The position numbers were made by a program, and so were the translations under genes. Below, piece after piece: positions 47,369 to 55,842 of a stretch of DNA of 64,000 bases. Location: NCBI GenBank assembly GCA_964426675.1, contig CAYRRM010000014.1, positions 922 through 64,921 of the forward strand, given 5' to 3'. This DNA comes from an uncultured Lentisphaera sp. (GTDB taxonomy: Bacteria > Verrucomicrobiota > Lentisphaeria > Victivallales > GWF2-50-93). Each line of letters starts with the position of its first letter. The first letter of the stretch is position 1. Below the pieces are notes generated by a model. That model searched no databases. It saw only the letters and a list, made by a program, of their open reading frames with translations, and was not told the DNA's origin.

Positions 47369-49369
47369 ATGAAGAACAGAAAATCTAAAAGTTTTATTCA
47401 TCCACTATTGGGGTGGGCTATTTTTCTTCTTCCTGTGTGGATTTTTGCCCAGGAAAATGAAAATACAACTTCAAATTCATTTATCATTGGTGCCTGTACA
47501 CATATTAGATTAGCGAAAGGTCCCTCCTTAAATGAATATCTTTCATTATTAAAACAGGCTGGAATTATGGCTCTTCGTGATGAAATTTCATGGTCACGGT
47601 GTGAAAAAAGCAAGGGACAGCTCTCTCTTCCCGAAAATGCTGGTGATTTCGTAATTGCCGCTCATAATATGGGAATAAGTCCATTACTAATTTTAGATTA
47701 TGCTAATCAATTTTATGATGATGGTGATTATCCGCGTTCTCCTGAAGCTATAGAAGGTTTTGTACGTTACAGTGAGTTGATAGTAGAGTCATTTAAGGGA
47801 AAATGTAAATTTTATCAGGTATGGAATGAATGGGATGGAGGTTGTGGAATGCCTCCTAAGAGTAAGGGAAAAGGAGACCCAGAAAGTTATATTAACCTTT
47901 TGAAAGCTGTTTACCCTCGTATAAAAGCAATAGACCCCTCAGCGGTTGTTATTAGTAATTCTGTTTGTACAGGAGACAATTATCTGAGAAAATTATTAGA
48001 ACTCGATATGTTGAAGTATTGTGATATTGTAGCAATACACACTTATAATTATGGTAATGCCGGAGCAAATAGGTTGCCTGAAAAATGGTATGAAAGGATG
48101 CTTGGGGTAGATAAAATGCTTCGTGAATTTAGCGGAGGCAAAGAAGTCCCATTGTTTATTACTGAAATGGGATGGCCAACCCATATAGAAGGTTCTGGTA
48201 GTACACAAACAGATTCTGCTGATTTTTTGGCTCGTCTTTTTATTTTAGCAAAAACTCTTCCTTTCTTGAAAGGAATATGGTGGTATGATTTTCGAGATGA
48301 TGGGTGGGATTTTAAATATAACGAAAATAATTTTGGCATGGTTCGACCGGATTTAACCCCCAAAAAATCATATTACGTATTAAAAGACCTCGCTCCATTG
48401 ATAAAAGATACAACTTTTTCTGAAAGGATTGATGCTGGCGATCCCAATATATGGATATTAAAATTTAAAAGCCCTGAGAAAAAAGATATAATTGCTGTAT
48501 GGAGCGCTTATACCGATAATGACTGGGCAATTACCCTTAAGGCTGATACCGAGATTAAATCTGAGTTCTCAATGCTGTGTCCAGGAGAAGGGGATATAAA
48601 AAGACTATTTATGCAAAAAAAAGGAAACGATATAGACAAAAAATCATTTTCTTTTATTGTCAGAACCAGACCATATTTGTTAAATGGAGATTTATCTGGA
48701 ATTAATTCTGCCTCTGTTAAAAAGATAGATTTTCCTGAAACAATGCGTCCTAAAAATAGGGTGGTTGTAGTACCTGAAAAAATTGGTAGAGCAACTCCTT
48801 TGTCGGAAAAAACTTCACAGATATATAATTTTGGAGATGATAAATATTATCGTGTTATTTCTGAAAATAGAAAAGGAAAGGATGACCTTGATGCGAGTTT
48901 TTCAATAAAATGGGAACCCTCTTTTATCCACGTTTTTGTGACGGTTAGAGATGATATCTTTTCTCAAACTTTTTCTGGTGAAGATACGTGGAAAGGAGAT
49001 GGAATACAATTGGCATTCCAACCATTTAGAGATGGTTTAGCTAATCCTGACGAGCACTCAGATTTCGATATTGCCCTTACAGAAAATGGCCCTATAGTGT
49101 ATGGCCGTTTAGCGTCTCGAATGTCTGACATAACAAATGAAGTCGAAATAAATATTGATAAAGAAAATAAGGAGACTTCTTATCATATAAAATTTCCGAT
49201 TGAGATTATTGGGCTTTCATCACCTTTAAAGAGTGATACAATATTGGGTTTCTCATTGCTTGTAAATGATAACGATGGAAAAGGTAGAAAGGGCTATTTA
49301 CATTGGGGAGATGGAATAGGGCATGGAAAAGATCCTTCACTTTATAATTGGATAACATTGGAGAAATAA
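47369..49369 (+). CDS. Secreted clan GH-A TIM-barrel glycoside hydrolase with C-terminal CBM9-like module
   Basis: GGGAGG Shine-Dalgarno and a signal peptide. Acid/base YQVWNEWDG and nucleophile LFITEMGWP. The C-terminal ~200 aa (DASFSIKWEP..., GDGIQLAF, LLVNDNDG) resemble CBM9/DOMON-type sugar-binding modules. The exact GH family is not assignable by eye. Confidence 0.7.
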   Translation: MKNRKSKSFIHPLLGWAIFLLPVWIFAQENENTTSNSFIIGACTHIRLAKGPSLNEYLSLLKQAGIMALRDEISWSRCEKSKGQLSLPENAGDFVIAAHNMGISPLLILDYANQFYDDGDYPRSPEAIEGFVRYSELIVESFKGKCKFYQVWNEWDGGCGMPPKSKGKGDPESYINLLKAVYPRIKAIDPSAVVISNSVCTGDNYLRKLLELDMLKYCDIVAIHTYNYGNAGANRLPEKWYERMLGVDKMLREFSGGKEVPLFITEMGWPTHIEGSGSTQTDSADFLARLFILAKTLPFLKGIWWYDFRDDGWDFKYNENNFGMVRPDLTPKKSYYVLKDLAPLIKDTTFSERIDAGDPNIWILKFKSPEKKDIIAVWSAYTDNDWAITLKADTEIKSEFSMLCPGEGDIKRLFMQKKGNDIDKKSFSFIVRTRPYLLNGDLSGINSASVKKIDFPETMRPKNRVVVVPEKIGRATPLSEKTSQIYNFGDDKYYRVISENRKGKDDLDASFSIKWEPSFIHVFVTVRDDIFSQTFSGEDTWKGDGIQLAFQPFRDGLANPDEHSDFDIALTENGPIVYGRLASRMSDITNEVEINIDKENKETSYHIKFPIEIIGLSSPLKSDTILGFSLLVNDNDGKGRKGYLHWGDGIGHGKDPSLYNWITLEK

Positions 49370-49371
49370 AT

Positions 49372-49956
49372 ATGACAACAAAAAAAACAATCGTATTGTT
49401 GGGAGTTCTGATTGCAGGACTCGTAATTAACTCTGAGGAAATGAATAAAGTGAAAGTTGGAGAATTCCTACTTAGTACCGAGGGTTGGGAATTAAATCTT
49501 GGAAAAGAATTTCCTGGCGCTGAAGGTAATTTATGGTGGGAAGAAGAAGAAGGATGTGCCGCTAAGGGCGCAGCTAGTCTTGAAGGAAATTTTGCATCAG
49601 GTGGAAATTATGTGTCAATGGTAAGATTTTTCCCTGAAAAATACAATATAAAAGGACTCTCTTTTCAGATAAGAACTAAAGATCTGACAAGTGTAATATT
49701 GCGTTTAGTTGACTCTACTAATCAAACCTTTCAAGTAAAAATTCCATTAAAAGATACTACAGAATGGCAGAACGTAAACTTTGACATTAGTAATTTAGTT
49801 CCAGGTAAATTTATGGTTGCATGGGGCGGGGCAGGGGATGGCCAGTGGCATGGACCTGCAAAAGGAATGTCTATTCTGATTGATAAGGGGTGTTTTAAAT
49901 TTAAGGATAATAAAAAAGGATTGATATTAATCGATGATGTTGAATTGATAAGATAG
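49372..49956 (+). CDS. Small secreted beta-sandwich (CBM-like) protein
   Basis: 194 aa from ATG 49372 (2 nt after the preceding stop) with a signal peptide. Ends in LILIDDVELI, like jelly-roll binding modules. Pattern resemblance to the N-terminal module of the 61555 gene. Confidence 0.45.
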   Translation: MTTKKTIVLLGVLIAGLVINSEEMNKVKVGEFLLSTEGWELNLGKEFPGAEGNLWWEEEEGCAAKGAASLEGNFASGGNYVSMVRFFPEKYNIKGLSFQIRTKDLTSVILRLVDSTNQTFQVKIPLKDTTEWQNVNFDISNLVPGKFMVAWGGAGDGQWHGPAKGMSILIDKGCFKFKDNKKGLILIDDVELIR

Positions 49957-50859
49957 TGAATTTTTATAAAGTTCAGCTTTTTCTAATAAACTATTTAGTA
50001 TTTATATTATATAATATATTGTTAAAAATTATTAAACTTAAAAGATATTGAATTATTTCTATTTTTTTATGTATTATTTTCCAGAAAATGATTCTTAAAA
50101 TTCAAAATACAAAATATATTTTTATCTAAGAAGTCTTGTGCCGCGATGGATTGTAGAAGTAAAGGTTAGATTAAGTATTAAAGATGTAGCGTTTCGGTTA
50201 GTGCAGTGTAATGTGAACTGTTCTATGAGTTTATTTGAAGAAAATAGTTATAAGTTGATAAAGACTGTTTTCCCTCTTGAATAGCATTATTGCATAACTC
50301 TAAATCTGCTTTTTAACCTGGATCTAAAACATCTTTAGATATTCATCTAAAAAAATTGGGCATCAGTTTCTTACAAAGTTAAACTGTTCTTTACGTTTGA
50401 CTTGGCGATAAGCTTTTAGCCACAAAATTTGAATACAAAGTGGGCTTTATTTAGAAAATTCCCAATAAGATCATGAAAATAAGTATAAGGACAGATAATT
50501 TCCACAGATTTTCCTCCTGTTCTCAGTAAAGCCCATTGTTCTTATCTTAATCCACTTGAATACCTTATTGAGAAAAATTATTATGGTATTGAAGTTGCAC
50601 TTTTTTATATTATCGTTTTATTTTAAATTTTTTGTCAGTTTTATGCTAAATTTTGTCGGTTTTGTATAAGATTTTCATTTTAAATATATTAGAATTATTA
50701 ATTATGGCAAAATAATGTAAAATTAAAAAAAAACAAGGAGTAATCAAATGCATATTAATGAGAAGGAATTTCATGATTTAGATTTGATTTTATTTTATCA
50801 GGATATAGCCTTTTAAACTACTAGAAATTAAAGTTTCTATAACAAAAGGAGGTATTGAA

Positions 50860-53448
50860 ATGTCAAAGACATGTATTCCTGTTGACCTTTGTTGTGAATT
50901 CAAAAAAAATCCTATCGGAATTGATGAAGTAAAACCACGACTTTCATGGAAATTGGCGGATACTCGGCAAGGTGCAATGCAGACAGCCTATCGGATTCTC
51001 GCTGCTTCAACCAGGGATGCTCTTGATAAAAAGGTAGATCTCTGGGATACAGGACGCGTGCGAACATCACAATCATTGGATATCGAATATGCTGGCAAAA
51101 AAATCACATCACGATCAAAAGTTTGGTGGAAAGTAAAAATATGGGATATGGAAGGAAAAGAAAGTCTCTGGAGTAAACCAGCTTTTTTTGAACTTGGTCT
51201 TTTGAAAAAAAACGATTGGCAGGCAAAGTGGATTGGCCGCCCCAGTCTCAAGAACCGAGAAGGAGAACCCTGTCCATTTCTCCGAAAAAAATTTTTAATC
51301 AGTGAACAGATTGCTTCAGCGAGAGTATATGTTTCTGCGCGGGGATTGTTTGAACTTCATATCAATGGAAGACGAGTTGGTAAGGACTATTTTACCCCAG
51401 GATGGACTGATTACAACAAGCGCATCCAGTATCTTACTTATGATGTTACCGATCTTCTTGTTAAAGGAGATAATGCTGTTGGTGCAATACTTGGTGAAGG
51501 TTGGTTTGCCGGTAACCTTGGTTGGGAAAAAAAGCGTTGGAATTATGGTGATCAGCTTTCTTTTTTATTGCAACTCGAAATTAAATATAGTAATGGAAAA
51601 ATCGAAACAATATGCAGCGATTCTGATTGGAAAACGAATATAGGTCCAATCACAGTTTCTGACATATATAATGGTGAAACTTATGATGCTAACAGAGAGC
51701 TTATTGGTTGGGATACTGCTACGTATGATGATAGTTCATGGGATGAAGCAATAGTTTATCCTTCTCCTAAGGCGAAACTTGTTGCAAAACGTAATCCTCC
51801 CGTGCGTATGCAGGAGGAGTTGAAACCTCAAACAGTAAATGAAATTCAACCCGGAATTTTTATATTTGATCTTGGGCAAAACATGGTTGGTTGGGCTCGG
51901 GTTCGTCTCAAAGGACAAATGGGAGACAAGGTTAAAATCCGTTTTGCTGAAATGTTGAATGATGATGGGACCATGTATACTGCTAATCTGCGTAGTGCAA
52001 AAAGCACAGATTACTACATTTTTGGAAGTAAAAATGAGGTCATATGGGAACCTCATTTTACTTTTCATGGGTTCAGATATGTTGAACTATCAGGGATAAA
52101 TTATAAACCAACGAAAGATGATCTCATAGGTGTTGTTTTGCATTCAGAAATCCCACAGATTGGAAAATTTGAATGTTCTGATAAACTTATTAATCGCCTC
52201 CAGAAAAATATTCAATGGGGACAGAAAGGAAATTTTCTCGAAGTACCAACAGATTGCCCTCAACGCGATGAAAGACTTGGTTGGACGGGCGATGCTCAGG
52301 TGTTTGTGCGTACTGCAGCATTCAATAGAGACGTTGCATCCTTTTTCGAAAAATGGTGCGAGGATATTACTGATTCGCAGTTCCCTGATGGTGGGGTTCC
52401 ACATGTTGTGCCAAATGTCCTTGGTAAAGGGCATGGGTATTGTGCAGCCTGGGCCGATGCGGTAATCATATGTCCATGGATAATTTATCTTTGCTATGGC
52501 AATAAACGCATTCTCGAAAGACAGTATAAATCAATGTGCAAATGGGTTCAGTGGCGTATTAATAACTCCAGGAATTTAATCAATGATAGTGCATGTTTTG
52601 GAGATTGGTTAGCCATAGACATCGCCGAAGGAAATCCAGGAAAATCACCAACCCCACGTGATCTGATTTCAACAGCCTACTTTGCTTATACAACAGGGAT
52701 AGTTGCGAAAATCGCAAAAATACTTGGTCTGAAAGCTGATTCAAAAAAGTATACCAAACTTTACAACCAGATCAAAAAGGCATTCAATCGTGAATTTGTA
52801 AGTCAAACTGGACGTCTTGTAGGTGATACTCAGACGGCTTATGCTCTTGCCTTAGGATTTGATTTGCTTCCTTCTTCAAAGGTGGACTACGCAGGAAAAA
52901 GATTGGTAAAAGATATAGAGTCCAGAGGATTTCATTTATCTACAGGATTTGTTGGTACTCCTCTATTAGCACCAGTTCTTTCTAAAATTGGGCGTACGGA
53001 TGTTGCATATAAACTTGTGCTTCAGAAAACCTATCCAGGCTGGATATACTCTATCCTTCAGGGCGCGACAACTATGTGGGAACGATGGAACAGTTATACA
53101 AAAGACAAAGGATTTGGGGATGTTGGTATGAATTCATTTAATCACTATGCTTACGGTTCTATCGGTGAGTGGCTTTACAATACTGTAGCAGGTATAGACC
53201 TTGATCCAGAATGCCCCGGATACAAACATATTATCTTTAAACCACAACCTGGTGAGGGTATTAACTGGGCTAAAGCCGAACTTCAGACACGGTATGGTCT
53301 GCTTGCATGTAAATGGAAAATTTCCGGAAAAAAAATGCAAATAAAGATTACTGTACCGCCAAATACTCATGCAACTCTTATTTTGCCTGGACAAAAACCG
53401 AAGAGAATTCAGGCAGGGATATATGAGTATGAATTTCCTTGCATTTAA
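50860..53448 (+). CDS. Alpha-L-rhamnosidase, glycoside hydrolase family 78
   Basis: 862 aa. AGGAGG Shine-Dalgarno. NPIGID...PRLSWKL N-terminal domain, catalytic (alpha/alpha)6 motif PTDCPQRDERLGWTGDAQ, and MNSFNHYAYGS near the C-terminus. No signal peptide. Confidence 0.9.
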   Translation: MSKTCIPVDLCCEFKKNPIGIDEVKPRLSWKLADTRQGAMQTAYRILAASTRDALDKKVDLWDTGRVRTSQSLDIEYAGKKITSRSKVWWKVKIWDMEGKESLWSKPAFFELGLLKKNDWQAKWIGRPSLKNREGEPCPFLRKKFLISEQIASARVYVSARGLFELHINGRRVGKDYFTPGWTDYNKRIQYLTYDVTDLLVKGDNAVGAILGEGWFAGNLGWEKKRWNYGDQLSFLLQLEIKYSNGKIETICSDSDWKTNIGPITVSDIYNGETYDANRELIGWDTATYDDSSWDEAIVYPSPKAKLVAKRNPPVRMQEELKPQTVNEIQPGIFIFDLGQNMVGWARVRLKGQMGDKVKIRFAEMLNDDGTMYTANLRSAKSTDYYIFGSKNEVIWEPHFTFHGFRYVELSGINYKPTKDDLIGVVLHSEIPQIGKFECSDKLINRLQKNIQWGQKGNFLEVPTDCPQRDERLGWTGDAQVFVRTAAFNRDVASFFEKWCEDITDSQFPDGGVPHVVPNVLGKGHGYCAAWADAVIICPWIIYLCYGNKRILERQYKSMCKWVQWRINNSRNLINDSACFGDWLAIDIAEGNPGKSPTPRDLISTAYFAYTTGIVAKIAKILGLKADSKKYTKLYNQIKKAFNREFVSQTGRLVGDTQTAYALALGFDLLPSSKVDYAGKRLVKDIESRGFHLSTGFVGTPLLAPVLSKIGRTDVAYKLVLQKTYPGWIYSILQGATTMWERWNSYTKDKGFGDVGMNSFNHYAYGSIGEWLYNTVAGIDLDPECPGYKHIIFKPQPGEGINWAKAELQTRYGLLACKWKISGKKMQIKITVPPNTHATLILPGQKPKRIQAGIYEYEFPCI
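52704..52716. repeat. Iterated palindrome TGCGA-N3-TCGCA copy
   Basis: TGCGAAAATCGCA in GH78 rhamnosidase (+). AKIA. Confidence 0.95.
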
Positions 53449-53615
53449 AATATCCTTGAAGAAGAGGATAATTTTAATATCTTACTTAAATTTGTAATTT
53501 TAAATGCGTATTTTTCTCTTATCTATAAACAAAAAACTAATCAAAATATATCAAATTAAATTTAATAAAATCTAGAGAATTAAGATTATTTAATAAGGTA
53601 ATTTTAAAAGAACTA

Positions 53616-55274
53616 ATGAGTAAAATATTTAAATATCGGGTGGGATTTCTTGGATGTCCATCAAAACCTGACGTAAGGTGGACAGAACGGAATGTATTAA
53701 AGTTAAAAAAACTCGGTTTTAATACATTGCAACTCAATATTGCATGGGGATCACGTCCGGGAGATGAACCACTAAATCTTGAAGATGTTGTTGATATGTC
53801 AGAAATAAAGGAATTTATACAAAAACTTCCACTAAGATCTAGTCGTGAGGTAAAAAAAATCAAGACTCGTAAGGAAAACCTTATGGCTCGAATAAAACTA
53901 TGCAAAAACTTGGGTATGCGAAGTATTTTTCATTTTGGCGCCCCATACAATATGCATTGTAGATTCGGGGATAATCCGCCAAATTGCCTAAATGATCCTG
54001 TCATTCAGAATTTCTATTCAGCTCTTTTGATCGCATTTGATAGACAATTTCCGGGAGTAGATGATCTTCTCCTTTATACCTATGATCAGGATGCATGGCT
54101 CTGCAATGAATTTGGAACATGCCCTAAATGTGTCGGTATTCCACTCCATTATCGCGTTAGCAAGTTCGTTAATTCCATTGCTAATACATGGAAAAAGATA
54201 AATCCAAATGGGAAATTATGGTGGGAACCATGGGAATTATCTGCCGGGCAAGTTTAGACTATTCCTCTTCTCGATAAAAATGCTGTGGGACTTTCTCTTC
54301 ATTCCAATATTGCAGAGGTACAGGCGACAATGCCTGTTGATCATTGGCTTGAAAATACTATCAGGATGGCCAGACAGGAAAAACTACCAGTAATTGTAGA
54401 GTATTTTCTCGGCGCTCCAACCGAGGAAGTTGAGCCCTTTCTTCATCTTAGTTGGCCTCTTGTAGTCCTGAGAGGATTAAAAAAAATAGCCTCTCTTAAT
54501 CCAGATGGAATCAAAGAATATTATGGTATTATTCCAGAGGATTATGATGCAAATCTTCACACTACTTCTCTTTTCCTTTCAGATCCTGAAATTACCGATG
54601 CCAAATTATTAGAAAAACTTTCAAGAAACTATGGTAAGGCTATGAGTGATATACAGAAATTCTGGTTTTTGACAAGTGAGGCAATGGATTTCTTCCCATG
54701 GTACACATCATGGTATATCCGAGAAATAGGAAAGTGCAGACCAGACCATGCCATGACTGCCGCATTTATACGCGGACAACAGGCACATACGCCTTCGTGG
54801 GAGTCAACACGACGCGCAATTTTCATGAAGACTGATAACATTCAACCTGATCCCTGGATGCTTGAAGACGTCCAGTTGCAATGCGAACTCTCAGCTGAAA
54901 AACTTACTGAAGCAATTAAACTTGGGAAAAAAATTGCAAAGAAAATTCCTGAGCGTTTCAAATTCAAACTGGTTCTATCAGATTTCATCGAATTCAGGCG
55001 TCGTGCCCTATCATATGCTTATCATATTCGTGAAACGAACCTTACGTTTATTATCAGACAACACTTGAAAGAAAGAAAAAAAATTCCCACACGCATCATA
55101 GATGAATTAAAAGCTATTCTAAAAGCCGATATGAAAAATCAGAAAAGTAAAGAACCGTGTTTTTCCGCACTTAAGCTTCTTGATGTAGATCCTGCGAAAT
55201 TCGCAGGAAAATATTTCGTTGTTATATCGGATGACAAGAGGGAAAAAGGTGGGTTTAGTGTGACGTCGCGTTGA
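53616..55274 (+). pseudogene. TIM-barrel-like glycosidase-related gene interrupted by one in-frame TAG (54255-54257)
   Basis: Track ORFs 53616..54257 and 54285..55274 are in the same frame ((54285-53616) is divisible by 3). The only interruption is ...SAGQV-TAG-TIPLLDKNAVGLSLHS... Read through, it gives about 551 aa. Could be a nonsense pseudogene, a sequencing error or readthrough. Confidence 0.6.
55193..55205. repeat. Iterated palindrome TGCGA-N3-TCGCA copy
   Basis: TGCGAAATTCGCA in the TAG-interrupted gene (+). AKFA. Confidence 0.95.
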
Positions 55275-55842
55275 ATAGATCGTGGAATTGTATCCTGATT
55301 CAATTAGCTTAATGCTTAAATCAAAATCAATCAGTTGAAGTGCATAAAATATGTAAAACAATACATTGTTTCCATAGAAAATTTAGCAGATTTAATATAG
55401 TTCTCCTAGTTCTCCCGTCCCACTTTTCTCTATATAGCAATAGGATAGCATATCGCCAAATATATTTAGTTTCTTGTCATTATTAAGTGTAAATTAAGGA
55501 GCATATTCTGTAATGAAAATTTTTTTTACGTATATAGGAGAGTCCAAATATAATAAATTAATGGATTTGTTTTTTATGGCGAATTGAAATTGCATTTCTG
55601 ACTTTTTTTCATTAAAAAAAAATTTATTTTTCTATATCCAGAATTGAAAAAAATTTGATTTTTCTTTACTTTTTTCCTTTTTGCGTTGTTAATGTAATAA
55701 AAAGTTATTGATAATAAGAATGTTGTGAATAATCGTAATCGCTCACGCTTGAAAAATAAGAAAACACAAATAGATTAATTAAAAAAGCAATATTTTATGC
55801 ATTTTTGCATAATTTTTTCTATTAATCGATCACGAGGAGAAA

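Noticed and set aside
9416-49371. Longer upstream starts offered by the track (9416 TTG, 11282, 27111 GTG, 31041 GTG, 39837, 44999 TTG, 49348).
   Set aside because: Each adds a non-conserved leader overlapping the previous gene. In each case an in-frame ATG next to the preceding stop or a Shine-Dalgarno sequence gives the family-typical N-terminus.
54208-54393. Track ORF 54208..54393 (+) spanning the junction of the TAG-split gene.
   Set aside because: It is in a different frame from both halves, is short and has no motifs. The two flanking ORFs share a frame, which explains the locus better.
55577-55594. Sigma-54-like TGGC...TTGC elements (TGGCGAATTGAAATTGCA here, and TGGCAAATCTGAATTGC inside fabD near 38566), considered because an NtrC-type regulator is present.
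   Set aside because: The GG-to-GC spacing is two nt longer than the -24/-12 consensus (TGGCAC-N5-TTGC), and one of the sites is intragenic.
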